Positions 30,985-40,686 of a DNA stretch of 64,000 bases are shown piece after piece (position 1 is the first letter of the stretch; every line of letters begins with the position of its first letter). The notes beneath the pieces are model-generated. The model did not search any database. It was given only the letters and a program-made list of their open reading frames with translations, and was not told the origin of the DNA. The translations under genes were made by a program, and so were the position numbers. Source of the DNA: Gemmatimonadota bacterium (lineage in GTDB: Bacteria > Gemmatimonadota > Gemmatimonadetes > Longimicrobiales > Gaopeijiaceae); contig JBDHHQ010000008.1 in NCBI GenBank assembly GCA_039589315.1, positions 45,430 to 109,429 of the forward strand, in the 5' to 3' direction.

Positions 30985-32792
30985 GCAGCGAGCGCCAAGC
31001 GCCCGCCGACCTCGCGTTGATGCGCCGCGCCCTCGTCATGGCGCGGCCGTACTGGCCTCACATCGTCGCGACGTTCCTGATCACGTTGGTCGCGACCCCC
31101 ATCGCCCTCCTGCAGCCACTGCCGCTCAAGATCGCCGTCGACAGTGTCATTGGCGACGACGCCCTCCCGGGCTTTCTGGAGCCTTGGGTCCCACGGGCCT
31201 TTTCGTCCTCGACGTTGGGCCTGCTGGTCTTCTCGGCAGCCCTCGTCGTGCTGGTCGAGCTTCTGGCACGCCTGCACAAGCTGGTGACCGCGGTGCTCCA
31301 GATCTACACGTCCGAACGGCTCGTCCTGGACGTGCGCTCGCAGCTCTTCCGGCACGCGGAGGGCCTGTCGCTCTCCTACCATGACGCCAGGGGCTCGGCC
31401 GACGCGTTGTACCGGCTCCAGTCGGACGCTCCGTCCATCAACGCCATCGCGCTGGGAGGGGTCGTCCCGCTCATTCGCTCCATCGTCACGTCGATCGCCA
31501 TGCTGTACGTCACCGCGCGCATCGACCTGACCCTGACTCTCGTGGCGGTCACGGTGTTTCCGGTCACGCTCATGGTGACGCTCATCGCCAAGCGGCGATT
31601 CCGGAGCCGGTGGCGCGGCGTGAAGGAAATCGAGAGCTCTGCGCTGGCCGTGGCGCAAGAAGTGCTCACGAGCCTCCGGGTGGTGAAGGCATTCGGGCAG
31701 GAGGAGAGAGAGCGCCGGAGATTCGAGCGTGTGTCGCAACAGGGGATCGGAGCCCGGATCCGGGTCCACATCGCCCACAGCGGATTCAGCATCCTGGCGG
31801 GGTTGATCCGGGCCGGCGGCACGGCGGCGGTCCTGTTCTTGGGCGTGCTGCACGTCCTGGATGGGACGCTCACCTTGGGCTCGCTGTTGCTCGTGATGTC
31901 CTACCTGGCCCAGCTCTACGGTCCGCTACTCGCGCTGGGGCAGCAGTTCACGGCTCTGCAGCGCTCGTTCGCCAGCGCCGAGCGGGTGTTCGAGTTCCTG
32001 GACCGGGAGCCCGACGTGCAGGAGGCACCGAACCCACGCCGCCTGGAGAGGGCACGCGGAGCCTTCGTATTCGACGGTGTCTCGTTCTCGTACGGGGAGG
32101 AGACGGTGCTCGACGGGTTCGAGCTGTCGGTGCCTGCTGGCGCTCGCGTGGGTGTCGCAGGCCGAACCGGGGCGGGGAAGACGACCCTGATGAATCTTCT
32201 CGCTCGGTTCTACGATCCGACCAGTGGTCGTATCCTGCTGGACGACGTCGACATCCGGGAGTTCAAGGTCTCGGATCTACGGGGGCAGTTCGGCATCGTG
32301 CTGCAGGAGCCGGTCCTGTTCTCCACCACGGTCGCGGAGAACATCGCGTACGGGTGCCCGACCGCGTCGAGGTCCGAGATCGTGGGTGCGGCCAGGGCGG
32401 CCAACGTGCACGACTTCCTCGAGGGGCTGCCCAACGGCTACGAAACCGAGGTGGGTGAGCGGGGGATGCGCATGTCCGGCGGAGAGCGACAGCGCATCGC
32501 TCTGGCCCGGGCCTTCCTGAGGGACGCACCGATCCTGATCCTCGACGAGCCCACCAGCTCGGTGGACATCGAGACCGAGAGCTCGATCATGGAGGCCATG
32601 CAGCGGCTCATGCGGGGGCGCACGACCTTTCTCATCGCCCATCGTCTGCAGACCCTGGAGGCGTGCGACCTGCTTTTGGTCATGGACGGTGGGAGGCTGA
32701 TCTCGGTGACTACGAAGGTAGAGGAGGCCCTGGGCGCCGTGCAGCAGGCAGGGGCGTTGGACGCTGCAACCGAAGCCGACGGCCAGCCGTGA
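30981..32792 (+). CDS. ABC exporter, fused TMD-NBD (MsbA/PglK-like half transporter)
   Basis: N-terminal TM helices; Walker A GRTGAGKT, signature MSGGERQR, Walker B ILILDE, H-loop IAHRL. Confidence 0.93.
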   Translation: MSSERQAPADLALMRRALVMARPYWPHIVATFLITLVATPIALLQPLPLKIAVDSVIGDDALPGFLEPWVPRAFSSSTLGLLVFSAALVVLVELLARLHKLVTAVLQIYTSERLVLDVRSQLFRHAEGLSLSYHDARGSADALYRLQSDAPSINAIALGGVVPLIRSIVTSIAMLYVTARIDLTLTLVAVTVFPVTLMVTLIAKRRFRSRWRGVKEIESSALAVAQEVLTSLRVVKAFGQEERERRRFERVSQQGIGARIRVHIAHSGFSILAGLIRAGGTAAVLFLGVLHVLDGTLTLGSLLLVMSYLAQLYGPLLALGQQFTALQRSFASAERVFEFLDREPDVQEAPNPRRLERARGAFVFDGVSFSYGEETVLDGFELSVPAGARVGVAGRTGAGKTTLMNLLARFYDPTSGRILLDDVDIREFKVSDLRGQFGIVLQEPVLFSTTVAENIAYGCPTASRSEIVGAARAANVHDFLEGLPNGYETEVGERGMRMSGGERQRIALARAFLRDAPILILDEPTSSVDIETESSIMEAMQRLMRGRTTFLIAHRLQTLEACDLLLVMDGGRLISVTTKVEEALGAVQQAGALDAATEADGQP

Positions 32793-32912
32793 AGATCATC
32801 CACCCAGGGGCCGAAACCGGAATGGCGAATGCGTTCGGCGGACCTGCTCGGTGAGGCGTAGCACTCCAGCGGGGCCGAGGCCTCGCGGCCCCGCGCCGAA
32901 GAAGGGGTCGGC

Positions 32913-34079
32913 GTGCGACGCGGGTTGAGAGTGATCGTCTCGAGCGTGTTCTCACGCACGCGATACGCGGAGCTCCCCGGAGATCGCGACGCCCGGATGG
33001 CCTTCGCTGTGGGCTTCCGCGCGTTGGGGCACGACGTGTTCGTCGTGGAGGAGGTGGAAGAGGGTCAATGCCTGGATTCAAGTGGCCAGATCGTGCCCTT
33101 CGACGAGTGGCGCGGGCGTGATCGCTTCCTGGCGACCATGCGGGAGTATGGCTTCGCCGATCGATGCTGCCTCGACTACCGCGGCGGACAGGCGACGGTC
33201 GGCATGAGTCGGCACGCGCTGCGGGGTGCCGCGAGCGGTGCGGATCTGCTCCTGGCCGTCGGCGGGCGCCTCCGCAACCCTGAGCTTCTCGAGGCCGCCG
33301 GGCACCGCGCCTACGTGGATATCAACCCCGGCAAGACGCAGGTCTACGCGTTCGAGTACGACGTCGACTACGGACTCTCCGCTTTCGACTCGCACTTCAG
33401 CGTGGGGCTCGCGATTGGCCAGCCCCAGTGTCCACTCCCGACCGGGGGCTTCCAGTGGCATCCCCTCGTGATGCCGGTCGTCCTCGACCGCTGGCGCCCG
33501 AACGCCGCTTCAGGTCGAGCCTTCACGAGCATTACGAGCTGGAACCGCAAGCACGACTTTGACTTTCAGGGCGTCGCCTCTGGAGACAAGGTGGAGCAAT
33601 GGCTGCGGTTCGTCGACCTTCCGAACCGCACCGGCCAGAGCATGGAGATCGTGCTCCCGGTTCGGGAGATCAGCGCGCGGGACCTGGGTCTCCTCACGGC
33701 CAGTGGTTGGCTGGTCAGGGATGGTGAGCGACAGGAGACGCTCAACGACTACGTGCAGTTGCTGTCTTCGTCGAAGGCGGAATTCAGCGTGGCGAACGGA
33801 AGATACGTGAAGTTCCGGACGGGTTGGTTCAGCGACCGGACTTCTCGGTACATGGCGACCGGCCGGCCCGTCCTCGTCCAGTCGACGGGGATCGAGCACC
33901 TCCTACCCGTGGGTCGAGGGTTGCTGACGTTCCGCACGATCGAGGAAGCGGTGTCGGGAATCGACGAGATCAACTCGGATCACGCGGGCCACTCCAGCGC
34001 TGCGCTGGAGATCGCCCGTGAGTTTTCGGCGTCTGACAGGGTGCTTGCCGGGCTTCTGCGCATCGTGGGGCTCTCATGA
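32913..34079 (+). CDS. GT-B-like putative glycosyltransferase, paralog C2
   Basis: RVIVSS..GFRALGHDVFVVEE, AYVDINPG and GWFSDRTSRYMATGRPVLVQSTG motifs. Confidence 0.72.
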   Translation: MRRGLRVIVSSVFSRTRYAELPGDRDARMAFAVGFRALGHDVFVVEEVEEGQCLDSSGQIVPFDEWRGRDRFLATMREYGFADRCCLDYRGGQATVGMSRHALRGAASGADLLLAVGGRLRNPELLEAAGHRAYVDINPGKTQVYAFEYDVDYGLSAFDSHFSVGLAIGQPQCPLPTGGFQWHPLVMPVVLDRWRPNAASGRAFTSITSWNRKHDFDFQGVASGDKVEQWLRFVDLPNRTGQSMEIVLPVREISARDLGLLTASGWLVRDGERQETLNDYVQLLSSSKAEFSVANGRYVKFRTGWFSDRTSRYMATGRPVLVQSTGIEHLLPVGRGLLTFRTIEEAVSGIDEINSDHAGHSSAALEIAREFSASDRVLAGLLRIVGLS

Positions 34080-34978
34080 GCACCGCGGATGGGCCCGGAG
34101 CACCTACTTTCTATCTCCTGGGTGCGCAGAAGTGTGGCACGAGCTCGCTCCACTACTACTTGCACCAGCACCCGGAGATCTGCGTCTCATGGCCCAAGGA
34201 GCCCGTGTTCTTCGAGGCGTACTGGGACCGGGGCGTGCCGTGGTACTGGAACACGTACTTCTCGCATTGGGCCGGCGAGCCCGTCATCGGCGAGGCTCGG
34301 GTCCGCAACCTGTATCTGCCGTACGTGGCACCGCGGATCAAGCAGGTATCACCGAACGCAAAGCTCGTGGCGATTGTCCGGAATCCGGTGGATCGGGCCT
34401 TCTCGACGTGGATGATGTGGACGGCCCGTGGCCACGAGCGCCGTACGTTCGAGGAGGCGGTCGAGGCCGAGCTCGCGCTACTCGACTCGGGCACGGGGCT
34501 GGACGGAGAGGACGGGGAGCGCCGCTGGATCGAGAATCTGATCGTTGCGGACCGGAAGGGCCTCGACTTCTGGCCGCGGACCTTCATGGCATGTGTCGAG
34601 CTGGGGTATTACGCGCGGCAGCTGAGACGCTACCTCGAGTTCTTCCCCCGAGACTCCCTGCACGTGCTCTTCACCGAGGAGCTACGGGAGGATCCCGTCC
34701 GAGAGATGCAGCGCCTCTTTCGATTCCTCGATGTCGATCCGCAGGTGCCTCTGGAGGATCTGCAGGTCCTGAACCGGTCTTTTCTGAAGAAGGGCGTCCG
34801 GCGGGTGCTCGACGACCGGGCGGCAGACCTGGGAGACCCCGCAGAGGCGACGGTCACGACCTACCACCGCGCCCTCATGAAACCCGAGACCCGACGCTTT
34901 CTCCTGCGGCACTACGAAGCGCACAACCGTGATCTCGGCCTCTTGTTGGACGTGGACCTGTCGCGTTGGGACGAGTAG
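34076..34978 (+). CDS. PAPS-dependent sulfotransferase
   Basis: 5'-PSB loop GAQKCGTSSL, KEP.FF, 3'-PB motif RNPVDRAFS and G.Y..QL..Y. Confidence 0.9.
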   Translation: MSTADGPGAPTFYLLGAQKCGTSSLHYYLHQHPEICVSWPKEPVFFEAYWDRGVPWYWNTYFSHWAGEPVIGEARVRNLYLPYVAPRIKQVSPNAKLVAIVRNPVDRAFSTWMMWTARGHERRTFEEAVEAELALLDSGTGLDGEDGERRWIENLIVADRKGLDFWPRTFMACVELGYYARQLRRYLEFFPRDSLHVLFTEELREDPVREMQRLFRFLDVDPQVPLEDLQVLNRSFLKKGVRRVLDDRAADLGDPAEATVTTYHRALMKPETRRFLLRHYEAHNRDLGLLLDVDLSRWDE

Positions 34979-34999
34979 CGGCGTGCTCCGGCGCGAGGT

Positions 35000-35917
35000 T
35001 CACATCTTCGGGATCAGGCGCAGGCCTGCGAGATAGACGTCTTGTGCGAACGCCTTGTGGTGCTTTCGTCCCCAGCGCAACAGGTGGGGCAGGCACCTGG
35101 CCCTTTCCGTCACCGGGATTGGCGCCCTCGCGAGGCCAGCCACGTGCTCGCGAAGCAGGCGCCATTGGGGAAATGTGAGGGAGCCGGCTCGCTGCGGTGC
35201 GTACCACTCGATCGCCTCGTGCGGATTCCGCCAGGGGTACTTCCGGATTGAACGCTCCGGGTGCTCGCGGACGCTGTACAGGGTCTCGGGCACCTCGTGG
35301 AACCGCCCAACGAGACTCAGTGCGCTCAACAGGGGCCGATCATGAGCGGCGTAATCGCCGAGCAGGGAGGTGCGGCCGAGTATCTCGCGCCGCATGACGG
35401 CCCAAACGGGGAAGGCCTTTCCCAGGAACAGGGCGTCGCGAAAGCGCTCGTTGGGTCGGGGCGAGCCGCAGCGGCCGGCGAGTGCGTGTGGCGCCAGGGT
35501 CTTCCCGGTCGCGTCGATGATCACACTCCGTGTGTGGCTCAGTGCGAGTCCCGGATCATCGTCGAGTGCCGCGACGCAACGCTCGAGATAGGTGGGCTGG
35601 CACAGGTCGTCGTGAGCCATCCACTTGAAGTAGCGTCCCTGGGTGCCTCGGAATACCCGCGTGTAGTTGGCCGAGGCTCCCAGGTTCGTCTCGTTGCGAG
35701 AATAGGTGACGCGAGGGTCCTGAGCGACGAAGGCCTGGCAGATCTCCCGTGTCCGATCAGATGAGGCGTTATCGGAAATGAACAGCTCGAAGTCACCAAA
35801 GGTCTGAACGAGCAGCGAGTCGATGGCCTGTTCCAGGTAGTTCTCGCCGTTGAACACGGGGAGGCCGATGCCGACTGCGGGCGGCTCAGGGGGTGAGTGG
35901 GCTCCAGGATTCGTCAC
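35000..35917 (-). CDS. Glycosyltransferase family 2
   Basis: IGLPVFNGE, ISDNASSD, NLGASAN and FKWMAHDD motifs; GTG 35917 overlaps the upstream stop. Confidence 0.9.
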   Translation of the reverse strand: MTNPGAHSPPEPPAVGIGLPVFNGENYLEQAIDSLLVQTFGDFELFISDNASSDRTREICQAFVAQDPRVTYSRNETNLGASANYTRVFRGTQGRYFKWMAHDDLCQPTYLERCVAALDDDPGLALSHTRSVIIDATGKTLAPHALAGRCGSPRPNERFRDALFLGKAFPVWAVMRREILGRTSLLGDYAAHDRPLLSALSLVGRFHEVPETLYSVREHPERSIRKYPWRNPHEAIEWYAPQRAGSLTFPQWRLLREHVAGLARAPIPVTERARCLPHLLRWGRKHHKAFAQDVYLAGLRLIPKM

Positions 35918-37206
35918 TGACGCGGTTTCCCCAGTGCCACCGCGGGCCAATCGATCTCCATGGACGACAGCGAGGCGCGGACCTCTTCCAGGTAGAGCGG
36001 GTTCATGACGATCACGAGCGAATCTGGCCGTCCCCTCAGACGTTGCGGAGACACGACTTCGAGTCCGCTCCCCGGAAGGAACGTCCCCTGCTTGTGGGGA
36101 TTCATGTCGACGACCAGATCAGGCTGATGCGAAGCGCCCATGGCAGAGCAGAACGCGACGGCTTTGGACCCGCCTCCCCAGAGAATGGTCTGCCGTCCCT
36201 CTGAGCGCGCCTCCGCGATCCGGGCTCTCCAGCCCTCCACCTGTTCGGCGACTCTGGCTTCGAACATGCGCGCGCCATGGGCGATGAGCGCCCGCTCTCC
36301 AGCCGTGCCGAGTGTCGGAACGGGCCGGACGGCTCGCGCCGGGCGGCCAGGGGTGATGTCTGGTGGGGCTGCGGCAACGGCCGGATGCGCGGCTCCGTCG
36401 CGGTTGGCGTGAACGGCGGCGAGCATGAGGTACTGGCCACCGTAGTCGGTCCAGGTGTCGAGCACGTGGAACCCGGCACCCTCGAACAACCCCGTGAGGC
36501 ACGAGGCCGTGAAGTACGAGCAGTGTTCGTAGTACACGTCCCAGAATGCCGCCTCTTCGACGATGCGGCGGGCGTCTGGAACCTGAAAGAAGACGACAGC
36601 TCGCGGCGCGCTCCGAACCCCGTGGCGGATCGTGCGGACGAAGTGACGGACGTCGCGCACGTGCTCGAGGGTCATCTTGCAGCAGACGAAGTCCGGCGCC
36701 TCCCACCCAGGGGGTAGACCCGCGGGCGGTGGATAGAGGGTCCGTTCGTAGCGGACCCTCTCGTCGCCGGCTGCAGGATTTCGCTCGGGCACGAACGCCG
36801 GGTCGAATCCGAGGCCCTCGTTGTCTCCCATCCGACAGAGCAGGGCCAGAAACTCCCCCTTGCCACAGCCGATCTCCAGGATCCGCTTGCCTCGGAGGTT
36901 CCATCGCTCGATGAGGTCTTCGGCCAGCCTTTCGTGGAAGGCCTGGAAGGTGGGGGAAAAGCCCTGGGTCTCCTCGTAGCGCGCGGAGAACTCCTGAATC
37001 TGCGGGTCGAAGGCGTAGTTGTAGATGAACTCGCACGCGAGGCACAGGTGAAGATCGACGTCTCCCCTGAGTTGCGCGGCGGCCGCGGCTCGGGTGTCCA
37101 TGAGGAGCACCGATTGCACCGGCACGTCGCGGACGAAATACAGACGCCGGCCGGGACCGCTCCCACACGCGGGACACGTCGAGGCCTGTCTCCCTCGGCG
37201 GGGCAA
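35914..37206 (-). CDS. SAM-dependent methyltransferase, NDP-sugar C-methyltransferase-like
   Basis: CPAC and CLAC Zn sites, LEIGCGKG, LEH, YYEHCSYF, WGGGSKA and VD.NP.KQG motifs. Confidence 0.85.
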   Translation of the reverse strand: MPRRGRQASTCPACGSGPGRRLYFVRDVPVQSVLLMDTRAAAAAQLRGDVDLHLCLACEFIYNYAFDPQIQEFSARYEETQGFSPTFQAFHERLAEDLIERWNLRGKRILEIGCGKGEFLALLCRMGDNEGLGFDPAFVPERNPAAGDERVRYERTLYPPPAGLPPGWEAPDFVCCKMTLEHVRDVRHFVRTIRHGVRSAPRAVVFFQVPDARRIVEEAAFWDVYYEHCSYFTASCLTGLFEGAGFHVLDTWTDYGGQYLMLAAVHANRDGAAHPAVAAAPPDITPGRPARAVRPVPTLGTAGERALIAHGARMFEARVAEQVEGWRARIAEARSEGRQTILWGGGSKAVAFCSAMGASHQPDLVVDMNPHKQGTFLPGSGLEVVSPQRLRGRPDSLVIVMNPLYLEEVRASLSSMEIDWPAVALGKPRQ

Positions 37207-37236
37207 GGAGCTCAGAGGTAACCGCCTTTCCGGGGT

Positions 37237-38496
37237 CTACACCAATCCGGGCTCTGGCACTGGCACGATGAACCGTCCCCCGCGGCGCACGTACTCCTGC
37301 TGTTGTGCCATGATCTCGGATGCGAAGTTCCATGCCAGGAGCAACGTGTAGTCAGGCATGTCCTCCTCCAGCCGGCCGACCGGGTGTATGGGAAGGTGGT
37401 TGCCCCCCATGAAGCGGCCGTGCTTGAAGGGGTTGAGGTCCACGATGTAGTCGAGTTGGCTGTCGTCGATCTCACAGTAGCTCATCAACGTGGCAGCCTT
37501 GGCGGCGGCACCGTACCCCACGATGCGGTGTCCCTCCGCCTTCAGCCTGGCCAGCAGCTCCTGAAGCTGCCGGCGAATCCCGTGTACGCGCTCGGCGAAA
37601 TCGCGGCAGTAGGCCAGCGTCTCCACTCCGTCCCGGGCCTCCCGGGTCAGCAAAGCCGATACGGAATCTCGGACTGCGGACCGGTGCCCCACCTGGAGTC
37701 GAAGGGACCCGCCGTGGATCGGGATCCGGTCGATCTGGTTCAGGGCGAGGCCGTTGCGCGCGAAGAGCCGATCCAGCGCCGTTAGCGAGAAGTAGCACAG
37801 GTGCTGGTGGTAGATCGTGTCGAACTCGCAGTGCTCCATGAGGTCCACCACGTATGGGACCTCGATCACCGCCACGCCGTCGTCGGCCAGGAGGATCTGG
37901 ATTCCCCGGACGAAGCCGTTCAGATCCGGGACGTGGGCCAGGACGTTGTTGGCGATCACCACGTCCGCCCGCTTCCCCTGCCGCCGAAGCTCCGCCGCCA
38001 GCTCTTGGCCGAAGAACTCCTTCAAGGTGGGGATGCCCTCCCGCAGGGCAGCATCGGCTGGTGCGCTGGCCGGATCGATCCCCAACACCGGGATCCCCCG
38101 GTCGCGGAAGTTGCGCAGCATGTAGCCGTCGTTGCTCGCCAGCTCGACCACCAGGCTGTGTGGACCCAGCTCACGTGACGCCAGCAGGGACTCGGCGTTC
38201 GAGCGCGCATTCTCCAGGACGGTCTTCGATACGGACGAGAAGTAGGGGTAGTCCCGGCAGAACAGCTCCTCCGGCGATACCGATTCCGTGATCTGAACCA
38301 AACCACATCCGCCACAGAGAGCGACCCGGAGGGGAGCCATGGGCTCGGGCTGGTCCAGCTGCTCGACCGTCAGCAGACGGTCGGCCAGGGGCGTGACCCC
38401 GAGGTCCAGGAACACACCGACTGCGTCTCCCCGACAGGAACGGCAGACGGACCCTTCGGGTGCGTCCACCCGGCGGCGGGTGGGCGGCGAGCTCAC
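37237..38496 (-). CDS. NDP-hexose C-methyltransferase-like protein
   Basis: CRSC and CGGC Zn sites, [29 protein letters not shown] and YGAAAKA motifs; GTG 38496 coupled to the upstream stop. Confidence 0.88.
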   Translation of the reverse strand: MSSPPTRRRVDAPEGSVCRSCRGDAVGVFLDLGVTPLADRLLTVEQLDQPEPMAPLRVALCGGCGLVQITESVSPEELFCRDYPYFSSVSKTVLENARSNAESLLASRELGPHSLVVELASNDGYMLRNFRDRGIPVLGIDPASAPADAALREGIPTLKEFFGQELAAELRRQGKRADVVIANNVLAHVPDLNGFVRGIQILLADDGVAVIEVPYVVDLMEHCEFDTIYHQHLCYFSLTALDRLFARNGLALNQIDRIPIHGGSLRLQVGHRSAVRDSVSALLTREARDGVETLAYCRDFAERVHGIRRQLQELLARLKAEGHRIVGYGAAAKAATLMSYCEIDDSQLDYIVDLNPFKHGRFMGGNHLPIHPVGRLEEDMPDYTLLLAWNFASEIMAQQQEYVRRGGRFIVPVPEPGLV

Positions 38497-39566
38497 CCGG
38501 AGTGGCCGGCGAGAAGCGTGGACGAGGAGGGTAGGGTCCCCGCGTCGACCCACCGCAGCTCCCGCCCGAGCAGCCCCCGCTCCATGAGCAGCCGGAGCTG
38601 CTGAAGGCGGCGGTAGCGGGCGCCCTCGAAGTCCTCGAGCACCAGCCCCGTATCGGCGTACGCCCGGTAGAGCTCCTGGGCGCCTTGGCGCGCCGTCCAC
38701 GACGGCTGGAACCCCGGGATCGTCCGGGGCAGCCGGTCACACGACACCCGGTAGCAGCGCAGGTCTGCTCCGGCCCCGGGCGCGAGCTCGACGCTCGACC
38801 CGGGCACGGTCTCCCTGACGATCTCGGCCAGGTCACGAACCCGGTAGTTCTCGGTCGTCCGTCCGACGTTGAAGCCACGGTTGTGGACGAGGTCCCGAGG
38901 TGCCTCGAGCACGGCCGCGAAAGCCCGGGAGATGTCGTCGATATGCACAACGGGACGCCAGGCCATCCCGTCGCTCTTGAGACGCACGACCCCGGTGGTG
39001 AACGCCCACGCCACCAGGTTGTTGAGCACGAGATCGAAGCGAAGGCGTGGCGACACGCCGAAGGCCGTGGCACTGCGCAGGAACACGGGGCTGAATCCTT
39101 CGTCGGCCAGGGCCGAGACTTCCCACTCCACCATCACCTTGGATTTGCCGTATGGCGTCACCGGATTCAACAGCGACGATTCGTCGAGGAAATCGTCGCC
39201 TCCGGCGCCGTAGTTGCTGCACGACGACGAGAAGACGAAGCGTCCGACGCCCGCCTCCCTCGCCAGCTTCGCGAGCCTCACGGACGCGTGGAAGTTGATC
39301 TCGTAGGTCAGCGCGGGGTCCAGGTCTCCGAGGGGATCGTTGGAGAGGCCCGCCAGGTGCAGCACGGCGTCAAACCCCTGCAGGTCCGACAACGCCACGT
39401 CCCGGATGTCCATGCCGAGGTTGGGGATCTCCGGGGGAGGCTCGCCGAACGAAGAGAAACGATAGAGGTCGGTGTCGAGTCCGACGACGTCATGGCCGCG
39501 GTCCGCGAGCATCGGTACGAGGATCGTGCCGATGTATCCGCGGTGTCCGGTGACGAGGACCCTCAC
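38493..39566 (-). CDS. NAD-dependent nucleotide-sugar epimerase/dehydratase
   Basis: [22 protein letters not shown] and YGKSK (YxxxK) motifs. Confidence 0.92.
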   Translation of the reverse strand: MRVLVTGHRGYIGTILVPMLADRGHDVVGLDTDLYRFSSFGEPPPEIPNLGMDIRDVALSDLQGFDAVLHLAGLSNDPLGDLDPALTYEINFHASVRLAKLAREAGVGRFVFSSSCSNYGAGGDDFLDESSLLNPVTPYGKSKVMVEWEVSALADEGFSPVFLRSATAFGVSPRLRFDLVLNNLVAWAFTTGVVRLKSDGMAWRPVVHIDDISRAFAAVLEAPRDLVHNRGFNVGRTTENYRVRDLAEIVRETVPGSSVELAPGAGADLRCYRVSCDRLPRTIPGFQPSWTARQGAQELYRAYADTGLVLEDFEGARYRRLQQLRLLMERGLLGRELRWVDAGTLPSSSTLLAGHSG

Positions 39567-39569
39567 GGG

Positions 39570-40364
39570 CTACTTCCAGGTCTTCCAGGGCGCACGGCCG
39601 CTGGCCCAGAGCTCTTCGAGGATGCGCTTCTCCCGGAGGTTGTCCATGCACTGCCAGAAGGAGGTATGCTTGTACGCCATGAGCTGTCCATCCCGGGCGA
39701 GCCGTTCCATCGGCTCCCGCTCCCAACTCGTCTCGTCTCCCTCGATATAGTCGAGAACCCCGGGCTCGAGCACGAAGAAGGCGCCGTTGATCCACCCCTC
39801 GCCGGCCTGCGGCTTCTCCGAGAACTCCACGACCTCGTCGCCTTCGATCTCGACGTGGCCGAAGCGCGCAGGGGGACGCACGACCGTGACCGTCGCCAGC
39901 CGCCCGTGGGCCCGGTGAAAGGCCAGCAGCCGGTTCAGGTCCACGTCGGAGACGCCGTCTCCCCAGGTGAGCATGAACGTCCCGTCTCTCAGGTACGATG
40001 CCAGGCGCTTCACTCTGCCCCCCGTCTTGGTGCGAAGGCCCGTCTCCACCAGCGCGACGTGCCAGTCGGGGGTGCTCGAGCTCTTCCGTTGCACCTGCCC
40101 TCGGCCGAAGTCCACGGCAAGGTCACCCGCGAACTGCGACGCCTCCACCATGTACCGCTTGATGACCTCGCCCCTGTACCCCAGGGCGATGATGAAGTCG
40201 TCGAAGCCGTGGCCGAAATAGTGCATCATGATGTGCCACAGGATCGGCCGGCCCCCGATCTCCACCATGGGCTTGGGCGTCCGGTCGGTATGCTCGGAGA
40301 GACGCGTGCCGAAGCCGCCGGCCAGGATGACGCAAGGCGGAGTGGACGATTCGCTGTGATCCAA
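39570..40364 (-). CDS. rfbF: Glucose-1-phosphate cytidylyltransferase
   Basis: LAGGFGTRLSE, PKPMVEIG, TGGRVKR, GDGVSD, WINGAFFV and FWQCMD motifs. Confidence 0.93.
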   Translation of the reverse strand: MDHSESSTPPCVILAGGFGTRLSEHTDRTPKPMVEIGGRPILWHIMMHYFGHGFDDFIIALGYRGEVIKRYMVEASQFAGDLAVDFGRGQVQRKSSSTPDWHVALVETGLRTKTGGRVKRLASYLRDGTFMLTWGDGVSDVDLNRLLAFHRAHGRLATVTVVRPPARFGHVEIEGDEVVEFSEKPQAGEGWINGAFFVLEPGVLDYIEGDETSWEREPMERLARDGQLMAYKHTSFWQCMDNLREKRILEELWASGRAPWKTWK

Positions 40365-40686
40365 GGGCTCGATGCTCGTTGTAGGGCGTTCGCGAGTCGG
40401 GTCGGCGGGCCCGGAGGCATATCAGCAGGTTTCGTACCCCCGTCGACGGGGCTCGCGGCCGTGGCTGAATCGCGAGACACAGGGCCGGGAGAGCCTGCGG
40501 TGCCGCAGAGATCGTGCTGCCCGGAACGCGCGAGCGTCGCTCCGGTAACACCAACCCCCTCAAGGGGCCTAATTGCGGCAGTCTGTCGCTGATTTGCAAC
40601 ACTGGGCTCGACCCGATGCGATCGCCGAAGACACTACCAGCTCACGTCGAGATCGGTGCGAAACGGCCGGTCCATGGGCCCGCCCG

